Source of the DNA: an uncultured bacterium
Lineage (GTDB): Bacteria > Bdellovibrionota > JACOXK01 > 2-02-FULL-40-11
Direction: 5' to 3'
Assembly (NCBI GenBank): GCA_964392415.1
Contig: CAYMPL010000003.1
Span: 1 to 55,041 of the forward strand
DNA: 55,041 nt
In this document: one piece after another, positions 1 through 8,565 of the stretch
How positions within the stretch are numbered: position 1 is the stretch's first letter
Layout: the number at the start of each line of letters is the position of its first letter
Made by a program: the position numbers and the translations under genes
The notes under the pieces: generated by a model
The model's input: the letters and a program-made list of their open reading frames with translations, nothing else
Databases searched by the model: none
Told to the model about the DNA's origin: nothing

Positions 1-219
1 CTCCAAAAAAACATCCAGATTTTTTGTAATCTCAATCAACATCTGTGTTTCAGTTGGCTCGAGAGAAGTTGTTTTTGTCTGTGGAAGATCGATTGGAATC
101 CCCTGCTCCAAAAGCGGTGTGGTAATCATAAAAATAATCAGAAGCACAAGCATGACATCGACAAGCGGCGTCACATTGATTTCGCTCATCACATGATGCC
201 GATTGTTTTGATCCGCCAT
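1..219 (-). CDS. tolR: TolR/ExbD family protein (3' end runs off the window)
   Basis: Manual translation from ATG at 219: [35 protein letters not shown], the ExbD/TolR signature. Starts 2 bp after the tolQ stop. Confidence 0.85.
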   Translation of the reverse strand, partial: MADQNNRHHVMSEINVTPLVDVMLVLLIIFMITTPLLEQGIPIDLPQTKTTSLEPTETQMLIEITKNLDVFLE

Positions 220-221
220 TT

Positions 222-917
222 TCAGGCCCTGCGTTTGATCATGTTGATAAAATCGGAAGAAAAGCTCTCCATCTCAGAAGTAAAAAGCCTGATCCGCGCC
301 TGGAAATAGTTAAAGGCAACCACAGCAGGGATTGCCGCCGCAAGTCCCATTGCTGTTGCAATCAACGCCTCAGAAATTCCGGGAGCCACCACAGCTAAAT
401 TTGCAACCCCGGTGCTTCCGATGTTCTGAAATGAAGTCATGATCCCCCAGACCGTCCCAAAAAGTCCGATAAACGGGGCTGTAGACCCTGTTGTTGCCAA
501 AAAATAGACCGCTTTTTCAAGCCGGGTCGTTTCTGCCGTAATCGCCCTGCGCAGCGAACGGATGACATTTTCAAAGGCTGAAGCGTCAAACTCTTTCCCT
601 TTCCCCCCCCCTTTTTCAAGCTCATGACAGGCTGCGCGGAAGAGATGGGCAAGCGGTGAATTTGAATAGGTCTCTATCCCCGTCATCAATTTATCCCAAT
701 TCTCCCCTTCATAAAAACGATCGATAAAAATCTCGGTCTGTCTTTTCGCTTCTTTAAACACAAAATATTTGGCCAAAATGATCGCCCAACAGAAAATAGA
801 TGCCAAAACGAGAATGAGCATCACAAATTTCACCATCGGACCCGCCCCGACAATTAAATTCCATGAACTGGCCTGGCCCGCGGGCGCTGCCAATGCGATG
901 TTTAAAAAAACATTCAT
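222..917 (-). CDS. tolQ: TolQ (MotA/TolQ/ExbB proton channel)
   Basis: [21 protein letters not shown] and [21 protein letters not shown] motifs; AGGAGG SD upstream. Confidence 0.9.
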   Translation of the reverse strand: MNVFLNIALAAPAGQASSWNLIVGAGPMVKFVMLILVLASIFCWAIILAKYFVFKEAKRQTEIFIDRFYEGENWDKLMTGIETYSNSPLAHLFRAACHELEKGGGKGKEFDASAFENVIRSLRRAITAETTRLEKAVYFLATTGSTAPFIGLFGTVWGIMTSFQNIGSTGVANLAVVAPGISEALIATAMGLAAAIPAVVAFNYFQARIRLFTSEMESFSSDFINMIKRRA

Positions 918-948
918 TATAGAGGCTCCTCCTTCGTGTACGGCTAAA

Positions 949-977
949 TTGACTTCACTGATACCTCATGCTATCTT
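949..977 (+). promoter_or_regulatory. sigma70-like promoter of the psd-pssA-asd operon
   Basis: TTGACT-N17-TATCTT with extended-10 TG, 13 nt before ATG 991; no SD. Confidence 0.5.
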
Positions 978-990
978 TAGTCAATTTTTT

Positions 991-1644
991 ATGCGAAATC
1001 AAGGCTTTATCGTTGCCCGAGAAGGAATTAAATGGCTGCTTGCGGGATTTCTTATCACCCTTTTTTTCTTCCTTGTGAAATGGCCAGCCGCGGCCTTTAT
1101 TTTTTTGGGTTTGACACTCTTCATAGCTTTTTTTTTCAGGAATCCAAAACGCGACATTCCAAATCAGCCGGGCATTGTCCTTTCTCCCGCGGATGGGAAA
1201 ATTTGTATGATCACAGAGGCCTATGAAAAGAGATTCCTCAAAGAGAAAAGAAAGCGTATCTCTATTTTTATGTCCGTTTTTAATTGCCATCTCAATCGCT
1301 CGCCCGTTGAAGCAAAAGTCATCGATACGCACTATCATCCAGGAAAATTTCACCTTGCCAACGTTGATAAAGCCTCTGACTTGAATGAACAGCATACGAT
1401 TCTTCTTGAAGATCAGTCCACACATCGCTATGTTCTCGTTCAAATCGCGGGTTTTCTCGCCCGACGGATTGTAAGCTATGTAAAGCCCGGCGACACTCTA
1501 AAAATGGGCGAGCTTTTTGGCATTATTCAATTCGGTTCCCGTGTCGATCTCTATCTCCCTGAAAATGTGAATTTAAAAGTAACCGTCGGTGATTCGGTAT
1601 GCGGCGGTGAAACGGTCATTGGAGTCATGGGAGTCATAAAATGA
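991..1644 (+). CDS. psd: Phosphatidylserine decarboxylase proenzyme
   Basis: FFFRNP, SPADGK, ISIFMSVFNCHLNRSP and FGSRVD (GS autocleavage site). Start moved to 991 because the longer ORF overlaps tolQ. Confidence 0.9.
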   Translation: MRNQGFIVAREGIKWLLAGFLITLFFFLVKWPAAAFIFLGLTLFIAFFFRNPKRDIPNQPGIVLSPADGKICMITEAYEKRFLKEKRKRISIFMSVFNCHLNRSPVEAKVIDTHYHPGKFHLANVDKASDLNEQHTILLEDQSTHRYVLVQIAGFLARRIVSYVKPGDTLKMGELFGIIQFGSRVDLYLPENVNLKVTVGDSVCGGETVIGVMGVIK

Positions 1645-2432
1645 GATCCTCACTGCCGCAGCCGACCCAAAGAAGGAATGTTGTTTATTTCCTCCCAAAT
1701 CTATTCACCACAGCCAATCTTTTTTGTGGATTCTATTCCATCATTGCGTCTCTGCAGGATTCATTTCTTCAGGCGGCCTTTGCAATTATCATCGCGGGTA
1801 TTTTTGATATCCTTGACGGCCGGGTCGCGCGTCTTACAAAAGTTCATTCAAAATTTGGCGAAGAATATGATTCGCTTGCCGACCTTGTCTCGTTCGGTCT
1901 CGCGCCTGCTATTCTGATCTATCTATGGTCGCTCGAATCGTTTGGGAGAATCGGCTGGCTTGCGTCATTTGCTTTCGTAGCCTGCGGGGCTTTGCGGCTT
2001 GCGCGGTTCAATACGAAAACTGCCGTTTCGGAAAAACGCTATTTTGAGGGGCTTCCGATCCCCGTAGCCGCTTACGGGTTGGTTTTTACAACATTCCTGT
2101 TTTATGAAATGATGCTTGAAGAAACGAGAAATGCTTTTAATTTGCTTTTGCCTGTCATCCTCGCAGTTCTTATGGTAAGCAGCATCAAATACCGAAGTTT
2201 TAAAGATCTTGATCTTAAAGACCGCAGATCGGTCGGGCTTTTGGTTTTTGTTGTGTTTCTGATCATGATCATTGCTGCCAATCCAGCGGTTATGATGTTT
2301 GTGGTCATGATTGGATATATTGCCTCGGGCCCCATTTTTCATTTTTTCCGTGAAAAAAAAATAAAAAATAACTTAAGAAAATCAGACCTTTATCTTATCG
2401 CTAAAAAAGAAGGGACTCATCATGAAAAATAA
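1641..2432 (+). CDS. pssA: CDP-diacylglycerol--serine O-phosphatidyltransferase
   Basis: LPNLFT; DILDGRVARL...FGEEYDSLAD (CDP-alcohol phosphotransferase motif); ATGA overlap with psd. Confidence 0.92.
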   Translation: MRSSLPQPTQRRNVVYFLPNLFTTANLFCGFYSIIASLQDSFLQAAFAIIIAGIFDILDGRVARLTKVHSKFGEEYDSLADLVSFGLAPAILIYLWSLESFGRIGWLASFAFVACGALRLARFNTKTAVSEKRYFEGLPIPVAAYGLVFTTFLFYEMMLEETRNAFNLLLPVILAVLMVSSIKYRSFKDLDLKDRRSVGLLVFVVFLIMIIAANPAVMMFVVMIGYIASGPIFHFFREKKIKNNLRKSDLYLIAKKEGTHHEK

Positions 2433-3477
2433 ATCGTGGAATATCGCCGTTATCGGCGCCACCGGCGCCGTCGGCCGGGAAATGGTGTCCATTCTCGAAG
2501 AGCGAAAATTTCCTGTCGATCAGCTTTTTTTGTATGCATCTGAAAATTCTGTCGGCCAAACCGTTGAATTCAGGCAACGGCCATGCAGGATCCGGCCTCT
2601 CAATGCCGAAACGCTAAAAGATTTTAAATCGATCCAGATTGCATTGATGAGTGCAGGGGCTTCTGTCAGTCGGGAATTTGCCCCAAAAATTACAGATCAG
2701 GGAGCTGTCTGCATTGACAATTCAGCTGCCTGGCGGATGGACAGAGACGTCCCGCTTGTTGTGCCTGAAGTCAATTATCACGATCTTTCTCTCTTCAGCC
2801 GGAAAAGAATCGTCGCAAACCCAAATTGTTCAACGACCCAGCTCGTTCAGGTTTTAAAACCGATTCATGATGAGTTTCGGGTGAAGCGGGTGGTGGTCTC
2901 CACCTATCAGGCCGCCGCGGGAAAAGGAAATGGCGGAATTCGTGAACTCGCAGAACAGACGGCTTCCATTTTGAATCAAAAAAAAATCGTTATTGAAGAA
3001 TTTCCTCATCAAATCGCGTTTAATTGTATCCCCCATATCGGCGATTTTCTGGAAAATGGATATACCGTTGAAGAAATGAAAATGATTGAGGAAACTTTAA
3101 AAATCATGAATGCGCCCGAAATGCGTATTTCGGCGACGTGTGTGAGGGTCCCTGTTTTTTATGGGCATAGCGAATCAGTCAACATAGAAACAGAGCGCAA
3201 AGCCAATGCCGCGGAAATTCGCAAACTTTTGTCACGACAAAAAGGGGTAAAAGTAGTTGATAATCCCAAAAAGAATCTCTATCCTTTAAACATTGAAGCC
3301 GCAGGCTCTGATGAAACCTTTGTTGGAAGAATCCGCGAGGATTTGTCCCGCAAGGATTTGTCAATGAAAGATGGGAAAAATGGAATCGATTTGTGGATTG
3401 TCTCAGACAGTCTGAGAAAAGGGGCGGCGCTCAATGCCGTTCAAATCGCGGAGGCATTAACCGACGAATTCTTATGA
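2422..3477 (+). CDS. asd: Aspartate-semialdehyde dehydrogenase
   Basis: GATGAVG, DNSAAWRM, ANPNCST, CVRVPVFYGHS, LRKGAALNAVQIAE. Confidence 0.95.
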   Translation: MKNKSWNIAVIGATGAVGREMVSILEERKFPVDQLFLYASENSVGQTVEFRQRPCRIRPLNAETLKDFKSIQIALMSAGASVSREFAPKITDQGAVCIDNSAAWRMDRDVPLVVPEVNYHDLSLFSRKRIVANPNCSTTQLVQVLKPIHDEFRVKRVVVSTYQAAAGKGNGGIRELAEQTASILNQKKIVIEEFPHQIAFNCIPHIGDFLENGYTVEEMKMIEETLKIMNAPEMRISATCVRVPVFYGHSESVNIETERKANAAEIRKLLSRQKGVKVVDNPKKNLYPLNIEAAGSDETFVGRIREDLSRKDLSMKDGKNGIDLWIVSDSLRKGAALNAVQIAEALTDEFL

Positions 3478-4523
3478 GCCGAAAGATCATCTTCTTCATT
3501 GCCCTGTTCTATTTTCTTACCTTTGTGACCGCGTTTGTGATGGCCGTTCCTGAAAAGGCTCGTGAAGAAGATCTTGAGGAGATCCAAAGGGAACTAGAGG
3601 CTTCAGAAGCCGCAATAGAAGATGAAGATCTTGTCGAACTCGAAAAAGAAAAACCAAAACCGACAGAAGATCCTTTCCTAATCCAGCCACCTCAGAAGAA
3701 AGAAGAAGAACCTGAGCCTTTTTCAGAGGCTACAGAGGAGGAAGCCCCGCTTCCATCTCCCGCTGTCGAAGAAGAAATTCCAGAACTTGCTCCTCTTGCG
3801 GAAACAATTATTCCCGATGATCCAACTGAAAAAGCGAAAGAAGAGGAGATCAAAGTTGAAAACAATAATAAGGTAGTTCTGGAAGAAGTCTCTCAGAAAG
3901 AATCCCCGCAATCGTGGGGAATGACTCTTATGGGAGGAACCTATCGCCCGGATAAATACAAGGGGCGGGGGACTGATCTCTATGATCAAATTTACAAAGG
4001 TCAGGACTGGTTTTTAAATAATAAGGGGCTTTGGACCGATCTCGCGCTGGAATGGCAATTTTTCCGGCTCTTTGGGACACTGTCAGCAAAATTATCATCG
4101 GGGGTTTGGTACATCGAAACCAACCATGATCCAACAAGTGTAGAAGGAAGCCTAAAGCAGAGATATCGCCTTTTCGCTGTTCCGTTAACGCTCGGAGGGG
4201 TATATCGTTTTCACTTTTGGTCGAACCAGCCGATCATTCCTTTCGCCGAAGGGGGGGGCGGAAATGTCATGTTCCGACAAACGACGGCTCCCCAGGGGGA
4301 TCAGTACCAAGATGTCGTTCGCCAAATTTATGTTGCAGGCGCCGGGGTTCAAATTAACGGAAACATCTTTGATCCGAAAGCGGCTCGAAGTTTTGATATC
4401 AACTGGGGGGTAAACCGAACCCATTTTATCGCAGAATTTCGCATTATCCGAAGTCTCGATAATGACGAATTCGATTTTTCCGGACAAGACCTGATCACAG
4501 CCGGATTGTTGTTTGAATTCTGA
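3474..4523 (+). CDS. Exported outer-membrane beta-barrel protein, resembling MXAN_2562 family, with acidic N-terminal linker
   Basis: Signal peptide MSRKIIFFIALF...; E/P-rich region; beta-strand domain with FDPKAARSFDINWGVNRTHF and C-terminal AGLLFEF. Family call is from recall of motifs. Confidence 0.6.
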   Translation: MSRKIIFFIALFYFLTFVTAFVMAVPEKAREEDLEEIQRELEASEAAIEDEDLVELEKEKPKPTEDPFLIQPPQKKEEEPEPFSEATEEEAPLPSPAVEEEIPELAPLAETIIPDDPTEKAKEEEIKVENNNKVVLEEVSQKESPQSWGMTLMGGTYRPDKYKGRGTDLYDQIYKGQDWFLNNKGLWTDLALEWQFFRLFGTLSAKLSSGVWYIETNHDPTSVEGSLKQRYRLFAVPLTLGGVYRFHFWSNQPIIPFAEGGGGNVMFRQTTAPQGDQYQDVVRQIYVAGAGVQINGNIFDPKAARSFDINWGVNRTHFIAEFRIIRSLDNDEFDFSGQDLITAGLLFEF

Positions 4524-4529
4524 ATTATC

Positions 4530-5264
4530 ATGCGACTCATCAAATTCGTCATTCAGTACGATGGCACCCACTACTATGGCTGGCAGAGACAAATTATAAC
4601 CCCAACCATCCAACAAATTCTCGAAGACACACTCCGAAAAATCACAAACAAAGATGTTAAAATCAAAGGATCCGGCCGAACGGATCGCGGTGTTCACGCG
4701 CTGGGACAAGTTGCCCATTGCAGAGTTGAAACATCTTTAGACGACCCAACCCTTCTCAATGCGGCAAATGCCCTTCTTCCTAAAGACATTCTCATCAAAG
4801 AACTTAAAACCGAAACAGATTCTTTCGACGCGCAAAGAAATGTCTATTCAAAAATCTATTTCTATCAAATTCTCAATACCCCCTTTCCAGATCCGATGTT
4901 ACGCCACTACAGCTGGTGGCTGCCAAAAGCATTGGATCAAGAAGCCATGAATGAGACCGCTTCTAAAATCGTTGGAGAATATGATTTCTCAGCTTTTAGA
5001 AATCAGGGGAACTCCGTTAAAACAACCGTTCGAAAGATTTACCGCTCCCGTTTCTTTGCGGAGCATCCTTATCTTATTTATGAAATTGAAGGGGGTGGTT
5101 TTTTAAAACAGATGGTTAGAAATCTCGTTTCTACCTTTGTCAGAGTGGGTCGTGGTCAAATGACCCTTGCCCAATTTGAAGAGCTTTTGGCATCAGGGGA
5201 CAGAACTCAGGCGCCGCCGCCTGCGCCTCCCCAGGGACTTTTTCTAAAATCAGTTACTTATTGA
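4530..5264 (+). CDS. truA: tRNA pseudouridine(38-40) synthase
   Basis: YDGTHYYGWQRQ, GSGRTDRGVHALGQ, FLKQMVRN, APPQGLFL. Confidence 0.95.
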   Translation: MRLIKFVIQYDGTHYYGWQRQIITPTIQQILEDTLRKITNKDVKIKGSGRTDRGVHALGQVAHCRVETSLDDPTLLNAANALLPKDILIKELKTETDSFDAQRNVYSKIYFYQILNTPFPDPMLRHYSWWLPKALDQEAMNETASKIVGEYDFSAFRNQGNSVKTTVRKIYRSRFFAEHPYLIYEIEGGGFLKQMVRNLVSTFVRVGRGQMTLAQFEELLASGDRTQAPPPAPPQGLFLKSVTY

Positions 5265-5289
5265 CTTTTTTTTTACCATTAAGTAGATT
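5261..5289 (+). promoter_or_regulatory. sigma70-like promoter of rplM-rpsI
   Basis: TTGACT-N17-TAGATT; the -35 overlaps the truA stop codon. Confidence 0.6.
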
Positions 5290-5300
5290 CCCGTGGATTT

Positions 5301-5747
5301 ATGAATACAATGACAAACCGGACTTATACTACAAAGCCTAAGGACATTACGCGGAAATGGTATCTTATCGATGCCAAAGACCAGATCCTCGGACGATTGA
5401 GCGTAAAGGCCGCAAATATCTTACGGGGGAAAGAGAAACCACTCTTTTCGCCCCATCTCGACTGTGGTGATTTTGTCGTCATTATCAACGCGGAGCGGAT
5501 CAAACTGACGGGGGATAAATTGAATCAAAAGATTTATTACCGGCATTCAAGACATGTGGGGGGATTAAAATCAAAAACTGCAAAAGAAATTCTTGAAAAA
5601 CACCCTCCCCGCCTGATCTTTGAGGCGGTCAAAGGAATGCTCCCGCAGAACAATTTAAGCCGAAGAATGATTAAAAAATTAAAGGTGCATTGTGGAGCGT
5701 CCCATCCCCATGAGGCGCAATCCCCCACTCTTTTAAAGGTCTCGTAA
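5301..5747 (+). CDS. rplM: 50S ribosomal protein L13
   Basis: WYLIDA, LGRL, LRGKEKP, DCGDFVVIINA, YYRHS, VKGMLP. Start may be 5310. Confidence 0.97.
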   Translation: MNTMTNRTYTTKPKDITRKWYLIDAKDQILGRLSVKAANILRGKEKPLFSPHLDCGDFVVIINAERIKLTGDKLNQKIYYRHSRHVGGLKSKTAKEILEKHPPRLIFEAVKGMLPQNNLSRRMIKKLKVHCGASHPHEAQSPTLLKVS

Positions 5748-5748
5748 T

Positions 5749-6141
5749 ATGGAACAAAGATTCTACGCAACAGGAAAAAGAAAAACAGCCATCGCGCGCG
5801 TCTATTTATATCCCCAGGGGGGTGGAAATTTTCAAATCAATACGGAGTCGTTGGAAAAGTATTTTTCACGTAAATCAACGCAGCTTATTGCAAGACAACC
5901 GCTGGCTTTGACAAAGCTCGATAAAAATGTCGATATCTATGCCAACGTTTTCGGGGGGGGGCAATCCGGGCAGGCAGACGCCATCAGGCTTGGAATTTCA
6001 AGGGCATTGATTTCCTACAATCCTGAACTGCGAAAAACACTTAAAGCACATGGCTTTCTTACCCGTGATTCACGAATTGTAGAGAGAAAAAAGCCAGGTC
6101 AAAAGGGAGCCAGAGCAAAATATCAGTATTCTAAACGCTAA
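5749..6141 (+). CDS. rpsI: 30S ribosomal protein S9
   Basis: TGKRKTAIARV, GGGQSGQADAIRLGISRAL, LTRDSRIVERKKPG, QYSKR. Confidence 0.97.
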   Translation: MEQRFYATGKRKTAIARVYLYPQGGGNFQINTESLEKYFSRKSTQLIARQPLALTKLDKNVDIYANVFGGGQSGQADAIRLGISRALISYNPELRKTLKAHGFLTRDSRIVERKKPGQKGARAKYQYSKR

Positions 6142-6177
6142 AGTCATTCCGAACACGAAGTGTGAGGAATCTTTCTC

Positions 6178-6741
6178 TTACCAGAGAAATCCGAAATCAA
6201 AGCCCCAGCCATCATCCTCATTATAATAATTTCTGCCTCTTTTGGAGGGGGCTGGCTGATTCCAATAATCAAAGCGAACCTGCCATTGATCCCCACGAGG
6301 ATATCCTGGAATAGCGCCAAAGAATTCACCAGAACTTGTCCAGTTCGCGCTCGAATTATACGAGGTGTTCATCTGGTATTTTGAATAGGGGGATTGGTTA
6401 TATAAATGCCAGGGCGTATAGCCATATCCCTGCTGTCTGGAATAGTCGCTATATTGTTGAAAGATATCATAACCTGACACACAATGCCCATTTATATCTC
6501 TAAAAACGGTGTTCGGATTGTGGGTTAAGAATTCGCCGGCATTCGGAGCATAACCGTTATAAGGGATCGGGTTAAATCCATTAAAGTTTGAAATTAACTG
6601 CGAGCAGTCTTGAGAAAATTGCTGATTGCCCGGCTGACTCACCTGTGTTGGATCTGACTCTTCATCCCCGCAATTTACAAGCAGAAATGCCATCATCCCA
6701 ATCAGGGCTATCAAGAGAATTTTATTCAATATCTTCATCAC
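6178..6741 (-). CDS. Hypothetical lipoprotein, N/Q/Y/G/S-rich
   Basis: GGAGG SD; signal peptide ending LVN-C; no recognised family. Confidence 0.65.
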   Translation of the reverse strand: MMKILNKILLIALIGMMAFLLVNCGDEESDPTQVSQPGNQQFSQDCSQLISNFNGFNPIPYNGYAPNAGEFLTHNPNTVFRDINGHCVSGYDIFQQYSDYSRQQGYGYTPWHLYNQSPYSKYQMNTSYNSSANWTSSGEFFGAIPGYPRGDQWQVRFDYWNQPAPSKRGRNYYNEDDGWGFDFGFLW

Positions 6742-6786
6742 TCTCTACCTCCAAAGCATTTAAAAAGAGTTTCTATGATGATAGAT

Positions 6787-6803
6787 TGCAACAGATATGC
6801 CAG
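6787..6803 (-). promoter_or_regulatory. sigma54 (-24/-12) promoter of the lipoprotein gene
   Basis: Minus strand CTGGCATATCTGTTGCA = GG-N10-GC, about 45 nt upstream of the start; AT-rich tract upstream. Confidence 0.6.
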
Positions 6804-6908
6804 AGAGTTAAAACATTTTAACTATATGATATCACTTATGTTTATATATATTCACTTCAAATAAAAGATCGGAACCACCGCCCCCGTGCCAAAATTTGCT
6901 AAACAGGA

Positions 6909-6924
6909 TGACGGAATCTGTCAC
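6909..6924. promoter_or_regulatory. Candidate activator-binding palindrome TGAC-N7-GTCA
   Basis: TGACGGAATCTGTCAC, about 110 bp upstream of the sigma54 promoter; similar to 21859-21874. Confidence 0.35.
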
Positions 6925-6971
6925 TAGATAACACTTGCGTCACCCCTCGAATTTTAGCTAGATTAAAATGA

Positions 6972-8564
6972 GTGAATGTTCTTTTTATTACGCCGAGTCA
7001 CAATGTGACGATTGGCCTCAATCAGGGTGTCGCTATTTTAGCATCCCTTCTCAAACGTGAGGGACATCAGGTTGCCTATATTCTCATAAATGACCGCATG
7101 GGCTATAAATGGAGCGAATGGCAGCAGTGGCTCCCCCAACAAATAGAAAAGTTTAAACCCGATATCATCGGCCACTCTGTCATGACCCCGCAATGGAAAT
7201 ATACCCGCGTTATTGGAAATTATCTTGAAAAAAACTACCCTCATCTTGTTCAGGTTGTAGGAGGTCCCCACCCCTCCCAATATCCGGAAGAGGTCTTTAA
7301 CGACGGCTCTGAATTCATCGATCTCATCTGTCTCGGCGAAGCAGATCTGACATTTCCTCAATTTTTGCGTGAAAACACCCCTGAGACCTTAAGATCACGG
7401 ACCTATAAAACCGATGTCAAAAGCCTCTGGTTTCGCTTCGACGACGGACGCGTCATTAAAAATCCGAACGACACCTTTGTCGACCTCACAAAGCTCCCCC
7501 CTGAAGACAAATCGATTTTTGATCTTAACGCCTATATCAAGGAAAAGGGGAATCAAATTGAAGTCACCGTGGGGCGCGGATGTCCCTATAAATGCACGTA
7601 TTGTTTTAATGAATCGTATTTTAATCTCTATAAAAAAGATAATCCAACCCTTCAGATAAAAAATTTTCTTCGTTTTAAGGATATGGATATTATTTTTCAG
7701 GAAATCAGGGATGCGCTTCAAATCGCCGAGGTTCCCATTCGCGCGCTCGCGTTTGTCGACGATAATTTTCTGATCAATTACAGCTTTCTTGAAAAATTTT
7801 GCGCGCGCTACAAAAAAGAGATTGGCTTGCCGTTTGTCGTGAATGTTCATCCGCTGACGCTCAACGAAGCCAAGGGGGAGCTGATTGGAGATGCCGGCGT
7901 CATCTCCATGCGATTCGGCGTCGAATCCGGCAGTGAACGCCTGAGAAAGGATGTACTCGACCGGCAGACGCCCGAAGCGGCTATTGAGAGGGCATTTAAC
8001 ATTGCCCGAAAATTCAACGTCATGCCAAGCTCCTACAATATGATTGGAATACCGACGGAATCAAAAGAGGAGCTTCTCGACACGCTGAGAGTAAACGCCA
8101 GACTCGCTCCCGATGTCATCAAAATCATGACCTTTTATCCGTTCCACGGAACAAGGCTTTATGACTTCTGTGTCGAGCGGGATCTTATCGACTGGAGGAA
8201 GAAAGAAGAACTGGATAACTACGATTCAGGATCGTGCCTTAAATTTCCCCAGGACCATCATCTGTTTTTGAAAAAAGTTCAGACGATTTTCCCCTGGTTT
8301 CTCAACTTTTACGGGAGGTTGGATCCCTTCGGCTTTTATAAAAAAGAAATTGACAAGGCGCTCGCTCTTACCGAAGAGGAATGGGAAAGTTTTAACTACG
8401 ACGATATTAACTTAAGACTGACTCAAAAAATGGAGGCTGAGAATCTGACCTTCTATAAAACCCACTTCAATAGAAGTATCGCGATCAGAGTTCCCACCTT
8501 CTGGGAGAGAAGCTCATTACAGCGCCAGCATGAAATCGCGGATCCCGGCGAACAGATGAAATAA
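6972..8564 (+). CDS. Cobalamin-binding radical SAM protein (class B type)
   Basis: N-terminal B12-binding domain (VVGGPHPS, ICLGEAD); GRGCPYKCTYC CxxxCxxC; DDNF; FGVESGS; NMIGIPTE. Confidence 0.9.
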   Translation: MNVLFITPSHNVTIGLNQGVAILASLLKREGHQVAYILINDRMGYKWSEWQQWLPQQIEKFKPDIIGHSVMTPQWKYTRVIGNYLEKNYPHLVQVVGGPHPSQYPEEVFNDGSEFIDLICLGEADLTFPQFLRENTPETLRSRTYKTDVKSLWFRFDDGRVIKNPNDTFVDLTKLPPEDKSIFDLNAYIKEKGNQIEVTVGRGCPYKCTYCFNESYFNLYKKDNPTLQIKNFLRFKDMDIIFQEIRDALQIAEVPIRALAFVDDNFLINYSFLEKFCARYKKEIGLPFVVNVHPLTLNEAKGELIGDAGVISMRFGVESGSERLRKDVLDRQTPEAAIERAFNIARKFNVMPSSYNMIGIPTESKEELLDTLRVNARLAPDVIKIMTFYPFHGTRLYDFCVERDLIDWRKKEELDNYDSGSCLKFPQDHHLFLKKVQTIFPWFLNFYGRLDPFGFYKKEIDKALALTEEEWESFNYDDINLRLTQKMEAENLTFYKTHFNRSIAIRVPTFWERSSLQRQHEIADPGEQMK

Positions 8565-8565
8565 G

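Noticed and set aside
769-990. Longer N-terminus for psd
   Set aside because: Overlaps tolQ on the opposite strand; Psd homology and a promoter support the start at 991.
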